Origin: Heptranchias perlo
Taxonomy: Eukaryota
Assembly (NCBI RefSeq): GCF_035084215.1
Contig: NC_090333.1
Coordinates: 60,140,001-60,204,000 of the forward strand
Length of the DNA stretch: 64,000 nucleotides
Direction: 5' to 3'
Numbering within the stretch: position 1 is the first letter of the stretch; each line of letters starts with the position of its first letter. A model generated the notes under the pieces. That model was not told where the DNA came from. It worked only from the letters and a program-made list of their open reading frames with translations, and ran no database searches. The position numbers and the translations under genes are program-made. Below are positions 28,401 to 43,400 of this stretch, piece by piece.

Positions 28401-31400
28401 AGCTTGAACATTCTGAGGGGGGCATGGTACTTTGGGGAGGGGGGAAAAGAGAAATGAGATGTCATGAATTAGTGATATCAGTGCAGAGTTCCAATGATTT
28501 CCTTTGATTCCAAACTCAGAAAATAAACACCCAAGTGGAGAACCCTAATAACCGTGGAAGAATTAGATTCCCATTCAGAGACACTGAATTTGAATTCAAC
28601 ATGGACTGTAATTCCTGATTGGGCCTTTAGTCCACGGGTAGGTTTCACAAGTTTGTTTGCTTGGCTCTCGAGAGGCTGCCTCATTGTGTAAGGAAAGGGA
28701 AAATTTCTTCTTCCATCCTAGAAAGAGAGCCTTGTAGTCCCTAATATAAAGTATTAATGTTAGTAGCTGGATAGAAACCCATTCAAAATCTCTTGAATGA
28801 GGTCACCACAGAGGGTAAGCTAAGTGTCCCCATAACCTCCTAAATTACAATTGTGACCTTCCTGGATCTCAACCCTCGGAACAGCACTTCCTACTGCACA
28901 AGTGTAATGTTTCCCACACATCACAAAGTTCTTTAGAAATTTTACCTGTTTCAGTTTCAAAAATGGAAGTGTTTATACTCTGACAATAACCATCCATCGC
29001 TTTTACAGTTATGAAATATGTTTGACTGCAGTGCAGATCTAGGAAATGACAGTGTGTCTCTGTTCTGTTACACATTGTTATGTGTCCATCTTGTCCTTCT
29101 GCTGTTGTAACGTACCACACCGCACCATCACTCTTCTCCCATGACACTGACGTACTCTTGGTGTCACAGTCTAGATTGGTGTAAATATACTGGGGCGCAC
29201 ATGGGGCTGAAAAATACAGAAACACAGACTTGCTGTTACAGGGCAAGAAACATCTTTAATCCAAAATGTTCAAAATCATAAATCACTGTAATTATTTTTT
29301 GCTTCTGAACAATATTTAATTTATTCAGATATTTTCTTTCAATAAATAAAATCCTCTAACATATTTGACTGCACCTGTTGGAATATTTACTAAGGAAAAT
29401 CCTGGGTTTTTATAAACAGGAGGTTACATCAAGTTAAATCAAAACTTCAGCACAGAAACAGGACATTCGGCCCTACTGGTCGATGCCGGCGTTAACTCCA
29501 CACGAGCCTCCTCCCTCCCTACTTCATCTAACCCCATCAGGATACCCTTTTATTCCTTTCGCCCTCATGTGTTTATCTAGCTTCCCCTTAAATGTATCTA
29601 TGCTAGTCGCCTCAACTACTCCTTGCGGAAGCGCATTCCACATTCTAATCACTCTCTGGGTAAAGAGGTTTCTCCTGAATTCCCTATTGGATTTATTACC
29701 CACTATTTTATACTTATGACCTCCAATTTGGACTCCCCCACTAGTGGAAACGTTTTCTCTATGTCTACCCTATCCAAACCCTATCATTGTCTTAAAGACC
29801 CCTATAAGGTCACCCCTCAGCATTCTCTTTTCTAGAGAAAAGAGTCCCCGCCTGTTCAGCCTTTCCTGATAAGGGTTTCCTATTAGTTCTGGTAACATCC
29901 TTGTGAATCTTTTTTGCACCCTCTCCAATGCTTCCATGTCCTTTCTATAATATGGAAACCAGAACTGTGCACAATACTCCAAGTATGGTCTAACCAAGGT
30001 TCTATACAAGTTTAACATAACTTCTTTGTTTTTTAATTCTATCCCTCCAGAAATGAACCCTAGTGCTTGATTTGCCTATTTTATGGCCTTATTAACTTGC
30101 ATCGCTACTTTTGGTCATTTGTGTATCTGTACCCCTAGATCCATTTGTTCCTCTATCCCATTTATTATCCAAGCGGTATGATGCCTCCTTATTCTTCCTA
30201 CCAAAATGCACCACCTCACACTTATCTATATTGAAATTCATTTGACAATTACACACCCATTCTGCAAGTTTATTAATGTCCTCTTGCACTTTGACGCATT
30301 CTTCCTTTGTATTAACTACACCCCCCATTTTGGTGTTGTCCGCAAATTTTGAAATTACACTTCTGATTCCTGAATCCAAATCATTAATGTAAATTGTGAA
30401 CAACAATGGTACCAACACCAATCCCTGTGGAACACCCACTTCTCACCTTTTGTCAGTCTAAGTAACTCCTTTAGCCCCTACTCTCTGTTCTCTGTTTTGC
30501 AAATATATTAGATTTACTACATTGCCCTTGTCTACTCTATCTGTTACTACTTCAGAGAATTCAATAAGTTTGGTCGAGCATGACTTTCCCTTCTGTTATC
30601 CGTGCTGACTATTCTTTATTTAATTTTTTTCTCTAGATGTCTTTCTATTACATAATGAGTAATGATTGAATTATCTTTCCTACCACCAACATTATGATAA
30701 CTGGTCTATAGTTCCCTGGACTTGTTCTATGTCCCCTTTTAAATATAGAAATAACATTAGCTGTCTGTCGGTCCTCTGACACTATTCCCTTTTCTAGTGA
30801 ATTATTATATATATGTAATAGTGCCTCTGCTATCTCCTCCCTAACTTCTTTTAATATTCGCGGATGCAATCCATCCCTACTAGGGGTCTTATCTTCCTTA
30901 AGTTTGATTAGTTCATCAATTATGTCCCCCCCTTTCTATCTTAAATGTTCTAATATCTTTTTCGATCGCTTCTTCTAATGTCCTGCCCACCTTATTAGTC
31001 TCCCCGGTAAATACTGAGGCAAAGTAGCTATTCAATATTTCTGCCATTTCGCTGTCGTTACCTGTGAGTTAATCTTCTGCATTCATTAGTGGTCCTATCC
31101 CTATTGTGATTATTCTTGTTATTTATGTGTCTGTAGGATACTTTACTATTTCTTTTTATATTCCTTGATAATTTAATCTCATAGTCCCTCTTTGCTTTCC
31201 TAGTTTTTTTTTGACTTCTTTCCTAACCTCTTCGTATTTCCTTTTGTCATCCTCTCCTTTATTGTCCACATACTTAGAGCACGCCTTAGTTTCAATTTTA
31301 CTCTTATCTCTTTATTCATCCATGGTATTTCATTATTGGCTAGTTTGTTCATGCTTTTTAGAGAACTATATTTCTCCTGTACACTATTGATCACCGTTTT

Positions 31401-34400
31401 AAATATTACCCACTGCTGTTCTATTTCTTTGTCTGTCAAATTTTTTCCCCTGTTTACCTGCCATAGTTCCATTCTCATCCCCTCAAAATTAGCCTTATTC
31501 CAATTTGTTAATTTGGTCTTTGGTTTGTCTTTCTCAATTGTTATTTTAAATCTCAATATGCTATGATCGCAGCTGCCTAGATGTTCCCCTTTGCTTATTT
31601 TTCTTATCTGGTCTGGTTCATTTCCTGTTACTAGATCCAGCTTGTTGGGCTTTTTACATACTGGGTAAGAAAGGAATCACTGTAAAAACTCCATTCCCTT
31701 TTTTTCTTTTCTCTACCTCTTGCCAGTTTATTTGGTGGTAGCTGAAATCTCCCATGATTATTATTCAATGTTTTTTTATTAATTTCATAGATTTGTCCAC
31801 ATATTTCATCCTCCATTTCTCTTCCATGGTCTCTAGAATATACCTATTAACATGATTGATCCCTTCTTATCCTTTGTCTCAATCCATACGGATTCTGTTT
31901 CTATTTGAATGTTACCAATGTCCCTTTTTTCTATTGCCATTATGTTGTCACTAATTAATACAGTTACCTCACTCCCCCATCTTTTTCCCTCCCTATCCTT
32001 TCTAAATACATTATATCCAGCAATATTTAACTGCCAGTCTTGTTCCTCATGTAGCCATGTTCCAGTTATCCCTACCACATCTGGCTCCTCGCTATGAATT
32101 ATTGCCTCCAGTTCCCGTGTTTTGTTTCGGATGCTGTGCACTTGGCTGTACGGGCAATTTAAGTTGTTTTTAGTAATTGTTCCCCTCCCTTTGTTTTTAA
32201 CAAATGTAAGGAATCTTACAACACCAGGTTATAGTCCAACAAATTTATTTTAAAATCACAAGCTTTCGGAGATTATCTCCTTCGTCAGATGAATGACTTG
32301 TTTTTAACAGTCATTTTGCACTTATGTTCTACAACCGTATTTGTTCCCTGACCGTTTATGTTACCCTTATTCCTTAATTTGGTCTGACCTTTACTCTCAT
32401 TTCGTATTTTTTTTTCTTCGGACTTATGTTATCATCCCCAGATCACAACCCCCACCCCGACTTACTAGTTTAAAGTCCTATTAACAGCCCTATTTATTTT
32501 TTTCGCGAGGACACTAGTCCCATTCCAGTTTAGGTGGAGCCCATCCCAACGGTACAGCTCCTTCCTGCCCCAGTACTGGTGCCAGTGTCCCATGAAGTGG
32601 AACCCCTCCTTCCCACACCACTCTTTCAGCCATGCAGTCACCTTCCTGATCTGTCCATCCCGATGCCAATTAGCACGTGGCTCAGGTAGTAATCCTGAGA
32701 TTACCACCCATGAGGCCCTGCTTATTAATTTAGTTCCTAACTTCTGATATTCTCTTAGCGGAATCTCCTCCCTTTTCTTCCCTATGTCATTGGTTCCAAC
32801 ATGGACCACGACAAATGGATCTTCCCCCTCCCTTTCCAAGTTCCTCTCTAATTGCTCTGAGATATCCTTTACCTTTGCACCAGGTAGGCAATATACCCTA
32901 CTGGACTCTCGGTTGTGACTGCAGAGGATGCTATCTATCCCCCTAATTATAGGATCCTCTATGACTACCACCTTTCTATTCTGCTCCTCCCCCCTTGGGG
33001 TGCCTCCTGCTCCACGGTGCCATGGATAGCATTCTGGCTGACCTCCCCGCAACCTAAATCTTTATCCTCACATGCATAAAGTACATTGTACCTGTTGGAT
33101 AGGATCTGCATCTGCGGGATGTCGTTCGCTTTTGAAAATAAATGGCTTAGTTTCATTCAAACATGGCGCTGGTTTCACAGAGAATTCCAGCTAAAATCTC
33201 TGCAACCATCATTGTGTATAAAGCTCAAGGAGGACTTTCACCATTCAGCATTTACACTTTACTCATTCGACTTGTGTTTCTGTGGATACACTTTCGGCTG
33301 TTGTATTTAAAGTCCTTCTGTACGCTCATATTGGATGACACATGGAATGTAGCTGACAGAAAGGTGCAAATATTTCCCTAGGGCCACTTGTTGACCATTC
33401 CTGCTCACTGCACTCACAACTATCTGTTGTTGTGGAACTACTTACACTGCAGCTCAATCTAAATATTTTGTAAGTTTAATGGAGATTTTTACGCCGCGTA
33501 ATATTAAACAAGAAATTTGCTGGGAATTTCCTTGAAGGTTCTCCCGGTCAGCCATCGTAACTTCATGGGAAAATGTGAGGAAACTTCGGATAGATCCCGT
33601 GTAGGGGATTTCTGTCGAACTTCTGCTAAAGTTGCACCGGCCAAAAGGGAGAACCCGAGGAAATTCCAGACGGTTATCTTGGTGCATGAAGTCAGTAAAT
33701 CTGAACACCAGCACAACAGAGAAGAAATTAGACCCATTGGCCCCGATATTACCCGGGAGGCGGGTTGGCAGCGAGGGGGCGACTGGGCATGTGGGTAACC
33801 CGCCCAGTAAAATCCGTCCGTTCCCCATGTGATCGCGGGTAAATTGAAGCCACTTACCGTGGCTTCCGGGTTTCCCGTCGGAAACCTGCGCAGTGGGCAG
33901 ACTGCGCACCCACATCACAGGCTGTCAGCTGGAGGAGCCCTATTTAAAGGGGCAGTCCTCCAATGACTGATCCTGCAGCAAAGAACCACACAGCACCATG
34001 GAGCAGCCCAGGGGAAAGGCAGCCCCCAGGTTTAATGATGCCTCACTCCAGGTCTTACTGGATGGGGTGAGGAGGAGGAGAGAGATCTTCTACCCGGCGG
34101 ATGGGAGGAAGTGGCCTGCCTCTGCCACCAAGAAGGCCCGGCTTGAGGTGGCAGAGGAGGTCAGCAGCAGCAGCAACGTCTCCCGCACCTAGATACAGTG
34201 CAGTAAGTGCTTCAATGACCTAACTAGGTCAGCCAAAGTGAGTAAACTTACTCATTCTCCTACACTCCGTCTTCCACATCACCGCCCCCACCCCACAACT
34301 CCTTCTGCACTGCCAACACTACTCTATCACATCACTCCTCACACCCACTCAAAGCTCATCCTCAACTTACCTGCACTTACTCACCTCCCCAATACTCATC

Positions 34401-37400
34401 CCACCACTACCACTCAACCCAATCCTCATACAATGTCATGGCTCTGTCTCATACTAACCCTCTGATTCATCTCTTTCACGGTCAGCCTCACCCAAACCAA
34501 TGCATTCAGTGGTTGGCCATGTCACCATCCCTCACTCACGCCTCTCTACTTTCTCCCGTTATAGGAGAAGAGAGCCCAGAATGCACGGGAGAGGTCGAAG
34601 ACCGGAGTGGGGGCCGCAACATCTGGTCGTCCTCACAGACGCGGAGCAGGAGGCTCTTGAATTGAGCTGCACCCTCGAGTGCCTGTCCATCGGGGACGCC
34701 GAGACTGCCACCCGACAAACGGCTGGTGACAGGACTTCAACATTCAGCACTCACAACAGCAAATGATGTTAACATGCCTTGCCATCTTCAGCACCTCAAG
34801 ATCTGTCATCATGCTTGATATTGCCTTCTGTTCTCTGAGGGGGCATCGTCACATCTGAGCGAGCCATCCACCAGCGCGGATACACACACCTCGGTGGGTC
34901 CCCGTCCTCACTTAGTTGGGGTTGCACATGGTGGGTCACCACACACGTGAGCACGAGCAGACACTGGTGGCAGGGGCAGCTGTGGAGAGCCCACCTCGGT
35001 GGGAGCATTCTTCTCCAGGCTCTGCTCAGCTGGACACAGATGCTGAACCCTGGGGGCCATCTTTTAAAAAGAGAATGATCGAGGGGCAGCAGCACGTTTG
35101 CGAGGTGCTGGAACAGGTGCCACGCGCACTCTCCACAATCGCGCAGAGGATGGAGGAGTCCAACTCCTGCATGAGTGGAATGGTGGCACAGGTACAGGAG
35201 GGGATCTCCGAGATACTGTCACAGGGACGTGAGGGGATCTCTGAGATAGTGTCGCGGGTAAGTGCAGGAATGTCTGCGATAGAGGGAAGGCTAGCCTTAT
35301 ATCGAGCTTCAAGCACGACTCAACAATGAGTCCATTGAGGCCCTGACAACGGCCCTTCGGACTCAGGGTGAACAACTTTCTGCCGCCTTAAACAGGCAGG
35401 CAGATACACTAGCACTTCCCTTACAAGGCTTCACACACGTCTTCCAAACTGTGGCCCAGCAGGGTGGTAGAAGTGATGTGGGCCTGGTCCAGGACAGGGA
35501 TGATGGCGAAAGGGGACATGGAAGTGGAGACGCCACTCAAAGCGCTTCCATGTCTCATCCGTTGCCCCCTCTCGACCAGTACCCACAATGCTGCCTCCTC
35601 TCCAGGTGGTCGAGTCTGCCCCTGCACAGGTGCAGGTGGAGCAGTCTTTGGAGGGGCCCTCATGGGCACCGAAACTCAGAGGGCGTCAGCCCAAAGCCTC
35701 TAATCGGTTAGGGCATGAACAAGAGCAACCTGCCACTACCTGTACTGCAGCCACAGTGGAAGCACCATGTAGGAGTAGTAGGAAGCGTAAGGGTGTTTGA
35801 CGGTTTGTCATGTTTTTTTATTTATATTTGATTTTTGTTCAACTCACATTAAATACTATATTGTCACCACTACTGCCACATCTTGGCCATTCTTGACTGG
35901 CTTGTGTAAGAAGTCCCTTTCATGAGGTTCACCATGAACACCCACACTTGATGCCACCCATTGGGTCACCCTAAAGTGGGTGTATGTGTAGTTGCACGAC
36001 TATTTTGTGCAGTTGCCTGTGGCGCAGCACTGTGTTGTGGAGCGCCACGTGACGGAGGTGGACGGCGTGCCTGGCGAAGCTGGTGATGTTGCCTGTCCTC
36101 GGATGAAGTGATGAATGCAGCCATGGTGCCCCCCATCCTGACGGTGTGAGTTTGAGGGGGTCTGCAAAGTAGGTAAATGTGTTTGCACATCAGAGTTTAG
36201 GGTATAAATTAATAATTTTGAGTGGAAAGATAAAGGGGTTGCAGCCAAAACTTTGTCTGAATAAATTAGGTATTTCCCCCAACTGTCAAAAAATCCTTTG
36301 CATCTCCCACTGGCTGCTGGCTGAAACTCATCTGCTCCAGCAGGGACTGTTTCCCACAGCACAGGAAACACGCTGAGGATCCTTCAAAATTGGACCCCTG
36401 CCAAAATCTCCACTCAATGAGGTCTGTCAAGTGCCTCAGCTAGCTATATAAGAATCTAAATTATCATCCCGCAGGCTTTAATTGCTGGTGGGAGTCCCAC
36501 ATGCGGCAGCTGCACGTGCACCCTAACGCGTCATTGGGGAACCCGGAAGTGAGCGAGTTGGAGCCGGGCTCCGAACCCACTCTGGGATGCCACCATTTTC
36601 GGAGCACCCCCGCCCCCAACGCACCCGCTCGGCCATCCCAAAAATCAGCCCCATTGTTTATAAAGGAGAATGACATTCATGTTTGATGCATTGTTTCTAA
36701 GCACATGACATTACCACATAAATCGTATCAAAAAGCCACTGGATGACCATTTCAAAGAAAAGGCATTACAGTCAAACAATTTTATTTAGACAGCAGGCCT
36801 CTACCAAGCATATTATCGACTTCACCACCACTCTCCTCGAGGCCATCCTGCACTCCATCCTACAAAACTCCATCTCGCACAGTGCTCCTATCAACTCTGT
36901 CCTCAGATGTCTCCCTAACCCCATAAAAATTCATTTCAAATCCGTTCATGGCCTCTCTCCATCCTACTTCAGAAAACATCTCTAGTTCTTGATCCCAGTT
37001 TTCACCCCCTGCTCTTCTGATTCTCGATTATTTTGTGTTTCCTTAGCCCCCCTTCCCTCCCACCCACTCGTTCCGATCCACCATTGGAGACAGAGCCTTC
37101 AGCCTTCATAGACTTGCTGTCTGTAATTCGCTTTCTAGGTAGTTCTGACTTGCTAACTCTCTACTTATCTTCAAAATACTCCTTAAAAGTTACCTCTTAC
37201 ACCTTGCCTTCAGACATGACTTCTAATGCTTCACCTAATCCCTGTTCAGTTTCCAAATCTCTGTCACAATGAAGTGTTTGGGGATATTTTATGTGGAAGG
37301 TTCTATATAAGTGAAATTGTTGTGTTTAATTAGCGGTGCCAGTTTTAAATCATCCTATTCCATACCAAAGACTTACCAGAACTGAATTCAAATTTAGAGC

Positions 37401-40400
37401 TTTGTGAACTGTCACATACACCATCCAGTGCTGCTACAGTTAAATTATACATCTGTCCACAATGTAGATCATTTATTTGACACTCTCTGTTGACTGTATC
37501 ACATGATACCGTGTCCCCATCACTTCCTTCTGCTGTTGCAGAATATGACACTGCACCTTTAGTGTGGGTCCATGACACAGAAGCATCGTTTGTATTACAG
37601 TCCAGCTGGACATCGAGATTCTGTGGGATGCACGATACTGAAAAGAGCAGAAAGACCAGATGAAGAGCACTTGTCCAGTAGCTTCTAAACTTTATAGAAT
37701 TGTTTTCTAACTGAAATCTTCATGCAAATGTATTTGATTGTTTTTCTCGTGAGCAATATTTTGGACAGTGCAGAAATCAGGGTTAGTGAGATTGATACAG
37801 AAATTAGTGATAAGGGAAATTGCACTTCTCTTCAGTTACCTGTTTTCATTGTGATGGAAGGACTTTCAGCACTGTCACATGAGTCATCCTGTGCATGAAC
37901 TGTTATAGCGTAGGTCTCTCCACAGTACAGGTCAGTGATATCACACAATGTATCATTAGCGCTGCATTGTTGCACATTGCTTCCTTCTGCAGTCGCAGTG
38001 TATGATATCGCACCTTCACTTAACTCCCATGAGACTGCCATAAATCCAACATCACAGTCCACGTGAGCATCAACATTCTGTGGGACACATGGTACTGCAA
38101 GAAGAAAATTCATAAACATCACCTACTGGAAAAATACTGATTCACATAACTGTCTATAAGATACAAAAATGACAATATTCCAACTAATGTGTGTATATTT
38201 TAGAATTTCTTATTCTAAATTCTTGTGTAGAATTACCTGTTTTAATTGTAAAAGCAGAGCTTTGTGAGCTGTTACATTGCATGTCGATTGCCTGTACAGT
38301 TATATAGTAGTTCTGTCCACAATACACATCTGCGATCTCACATTCAGTATCTGTTGCATTGCATGAGGCCCTATGGCCATTGCTTCCTTCTGCTGTTACA
38401 ATGTATGATTCTGTGCCATTACTGGGATCCCAAAACACGGAAACATTATTACTTTCACAGTTCATGTGAGCTACCACATTCTGTGGGATACAAGGCACTG
38501 CAGAAAGGAGAAAGCACAGAATGGAATCCTTATACCATTGTAGATTTAATGTTGCATATCTATGTCTAAAAAGTGTATGATATCAAATCTTACAAGAAGA
38601 AAAAGAACAACTATTTGCATTTATATATTGCTTTTGGCATGCAGAAAATGTCCCAAGGTGCTTCATAGAGAAGTAAAGAAAAAAATGAATGCCGAGCCAA
38701 AGAAGGAGCTATTAAACTGACTGACCAAAAGCTTGGTTGATGATGTAACTTTTAAGGAGGGTCTTAAAGGAGGACTGGGTGACTGGAAATGGATTAGAAA
38801 GGAGAAAAGGGCTCGAGAGGCCACGAGGCAAAAAAAAGGAGATACAAGTAATGGGCTCAGGTCCTGATCGGTAGCCAAAATGTGCATGCCAGTGGACACG
38901 TAGGGAATTTGGGTTACATGGGCAAGGCAGTGATTAGAAGAGATATTTCCTGGTATTAAACAAAGGACCTTCGCCCTGATTTCAGGTGTATTGTAATAGA
39001 TGGAGCAAAAATTGTTTCAGTCAGTAAACTTGGTACATTAATCTTACAATAAAATGTTATAATATCTGGTTATCTAACTCTCAGGAGCATGCATTTGGAT
39101 TAGTGGTAGGATTCCCGCCTCTGAGTCAGGAGATGCATGATTTCAAATCTAATCCAGACAGTCCTGCCGAGCAGAGATCAGAGCCCATGCTCCGAATTCT
39201 GTGTTGACATCCAGTGGGATACTCACATTCAGTAGGTGTGGGTGGCTGCCCCTCATCTTATGAGTTGTGAGATCCCATAAAACCGTTGTATAGGACTAAC
39301 CACCCTATCGGTTGGTATAAAGATGGTTACGGCCATGTGCTCTGCTTGATAGACTGTTAATCAGTCTGTGAATCCTTCCACCACTTTATACTGTTCTCCA
39401 AGAGTGTGAAGATACATAAACAACAACCAACTCTCAGCTCATTGAACCAACAAACACTACAGCACTCCAAAAACAAGTGCCACAAATTCAAAGAAGTTGT
39501 CCTTTTTTTAAAGTGAAGTCTCGCTCTGTGAGTTCACTGGAGAAAGGCACTGATTCCTAGTGTGTGTTGATTCCCAGATGGTTTAATAGGTAAGGGCATG
39601 ACCCCTGGTTTGTACCGATTTCCTGATGGTTTCTTGCATTAATATGAGCCAAACAACATGTGAGAGGCATTCAAACTTTGATCAGTATCTGATAGGATTA
39701 ACTGCTGGATACTTGAGTTTATAACAAAGAATAACTGTAGCAATTATCAATGTACAGTTTTGTACATTATTGATGTACAGTTTTGTAACACTATGTCAAA
39801 TCTAATTTTTCCCGTCTTCTAGGGATTTTATTGTGTTTATTTTCATAAAAGGAGAACCAAGATTTTACCTGTTTGAATTTCAAAAGCTGGACTTGGTAAA
39901 CTGGTACAATTCCCATCCATTGCTAATATAGTTATACTGTATATCTGGCCACACGGGAGGTCTGTGATCTCACAGCTTGTTTCTGTTGCATTGCATGGAT
40001 ACCTGTCTCCTTCCATTCCTTCTGCAATTGCGGTATAGAACATTGCACCGTCACTCTGGTCCCAAAATACTGACGTTGTTTGTGTTGCACAGTGCAAATA
40101 AGCACTTACATTCTGGGGACTGCAAGGAGCTGAAGATATCAGAGAAACAAGATGGATAAAGGCACAGTCAGCTTTTTACTGGAATTCAAGAATATGCATT
40201 TACAAGTAGTATTTGAAAAAGTTGAACGTAAAGTCTGAAAGCCTTTCATTCTGTTGCCGTGGAAAGGTGCTATATGCAGGAAAAGTGAAATATCAGAAAC
40301 TAAAAGATCTTATCCGCTGACTATGTAAATCGTCTGCTGCTTTTAACAAGGTTCCCTTCACTAGCACAATAATTCTATTGAGTCCAATCATAACTATTGC

Positions 40401-43400
40401 ATTCCATGTTCACTTGCCCTCTGAGAAATAAAACAGCCTAATGATTAATTTCGACCTCGGCTCACTAAACCATCTATTTACGGAAAGATCAGCAAAGCGC
40501 ATGTGAGGGCATGCGTGAAAGATACAGTATCCAGTTCGTACATCAAGGAGGTCACCTTGTTATATTCCCTGGGTTACTTATCATATACTGTTCAAGAAAG
40601 GTAAACCTGGTTAACTATAGACCAGTTAGTCTAATGTCAATTGTGGGTAAACTCTTAGAACCAATAATTTGAGATAAAATTAGTGAGCCTTTAAAAATGC
40701 ATGGGTTAATCAAGGAACATCAGCATGGATTTGTTAAAGGCAAGTTATATTTGATAGATTTAATAGAGTTTTTTGAAGAAATGATTGTTTGGATAGATTT
40801 GTACTTTCGTATCTTAGTGGATGTAATGTATGTGGATTTTCAGAAGGTGTTTGATAAAGTGTCTCAGAAGAGATTTCTTAGAAAAATTCACGCATATAGT
40901 GTAAGAGGAAATGTTGCAACATGGATAGAAAGTTGTTTGACTGACAGGAAACAAAGAGGTAGTGTACATGGTATTGATTGCATTGGAGAAGTGTTGGAAG
41001 TGGCACACCCAGAGGTCAATGCTGGGTCCACTTTTGTTCTTTGCATATTTGGGTGTTTTGGACTTATCAAATTTATTGTTGATGCAAAAGTAAGAGGTTT
41101 GGCAAACAGTGAGGAGGACTGCAAAGAGCGCCATGAAGACATAAGCAGGTTAGGGAAAAGGGCAGATAGTTGCCAGATGCAATGTATTATGGATAAGTGT
41201 GAGGTAATACATCATTGGAGAAAAATAAGGATTGAGAGTACACAATTAATGGAAGACACTGAACGGTGTGGATAAACAGAGACACCCAGGGGTTACTGAT
41301 ACTATTTGCATAGTCTTATAAGTCAATACACTGCAGTACTATACTGGTTCATAAAACATGCTAGATTACTACTTTTGTTTGGTCCATATGCCATATCAGT
41401 GAAATAAAGAGTTACCTGTTTGAATTTCAACTATTGAACTCTGTGATTGGTTGCATGTGTTATCAGATGCTATGACATATACAGAATATAACTGGCCACA
41501 CAGTAACATGGGTGTTCTACATGATGTTTCTGATGTTCTGCACAACTGGATGTTCCCATTGGGTCCTTCAGCAATGGCAGTGTACCAGAGTGCACCTTTA
41601 CTATAGTCCCACGACACCAAAGCAGTATTTAGGTTACAATCCAGTCTTACATCTACATTCTGTGGGTCGCAAGCAACTGAAAAAAAATTGAAATTGAAAA
41701 TGGATGTAAGACGATAGAATCAACCATCAGTGCAAGTTCAAATAAATAAAAGGATGGATGAATTTACTAAATAATCAATAATTCTACTGCTCCTTATCAT
41801 TCTAAAAACACAGGCAAGTGAACAGAAAATTAAAGTGTAAAGAGTGAATCCATTAATTCACCGTAAATGAAGAGCTGCATTAATTCTGTAGCGTAACAGC
41901 ACAGCATGCCCATGGGCCTGAAAACATTGTAGAGCATTTCCTCAATCCTTAAGTATACAGTAATAAAGCTCCCAACTGCTTTAGGCAGGAGCTTCAGACG
42001 CCCGCCCCAGACCAAACCTGAAGATCGAGCAGGGCTTAAACAAAGGGAGATCTGGTGGGACTGATTTCTGCTGGATTTCCTGACCTTTACACCTTGACCA
42101 TTAGCAACCAAATTCGAGATGGTAGCGAGATGAAAATCCCCCGCCCCGCATTTAATTACTACCTGTGGAACAAAAGACTTCATTTGTTAAAATACCACAC
42201 AATGTTTTGTGGAAATGAGTGATACCTGCATGTACATTCACCACTGCACTTTGGGGACTTTTACAGATGTTGTCTGTTGCTAGAACAGAGATTGTATAAT
42301 ATTCACCACACTGCAGATGTGGGATTTGAGCCTTTGTATCGCTTGTGTTGAATAAAGCTGTGACTTGTTGACTATCTCGGGCGGTCACAGTGTATAACTT
42401 TGCTCCATCGGTGTCATCCCATGAGAAGGAGACCACATTTGAATCACAGTTCAGCTCAGCTGTTAGATTCTCAGGAATGCACGGTGCTAGTTAGAAAATA
42501 CAAATGAATATCAATCATCTCTCTTTCTCATAAATATCATAATAAACTAATGTAAAACTATTTCCATTGTGGATATTATTTAAGGAGAAATAGCATTACC
42601 AGTTTGAATTTGGACAGAAGTACTTGAAATGCCATTCCGGCTGTAACTCAGTGTTGTTACAGTTATGTTATAGGACTGTCCACAGTGTAAATCCAGCACT
42701 TCATAGCGTGTCTCTGTTGCGTTGTGTGAATGTGTATGTCCATCACTTCCTTCTGCAGTTATATCATATGACATAGCCCCATTAGACCGTCCCCATGATA
42801 CTACTAGTCGATTAGAATTACAATCCACATTTGCAATTATTTCATCTGGGGCACACGGTGCTGTAGAAAAGGAAAATAAACATTAATATCCACAAGGTTA
42901 ACGTGAGAAAACCTTTTGGACAAATGGTCCTTGTCAATAGCTCATAGAACGTAAATAACCTTGATAAAGCAGTCACCTTTATATTCCACATTGTGACTAC
43001 TTAATCCAGCTGTTATGTATTAGGGCCAACAAATTCCAGCTCGGAATTCTGAATCACTATAGTCTGACTCCTAAGTCTTCAACTGTTTTCTCTGAATGTT
43101 GAATCTTTGTATTAATGAAGCCAGATGGGCATAAAAGGATGATGATCCTGAAATCCTTAGTTTATTGCTGGCATCCACAGTGACCAGAGAAGGTTGCCGT
43201 GTGGAGGCTGAACGGGGATGAAATCAGTGGATCATGGGGCTGCCCTCCTACCACTGTCTACAGTAGCACCCTGGAACCCCACTGAAGGCTGGAAACTCCA
43301 GGGCAGCAGGCTGGTACATGTGCTGTTCATTTAGGTTGGTAGGACAGTGATTCTATGTCCAGATTTAGTTTTGGCTCAGATCCTTGATGAAGTAGGCACT

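Noticed and set aside
32465-33052. Stand-alone SGNH/GDSL esterase gene
   Set aside because: It is ORF1 of the CR1 element, directly upstream of APE and RT remnants; esterase domains in CR1 ORF1 are established.
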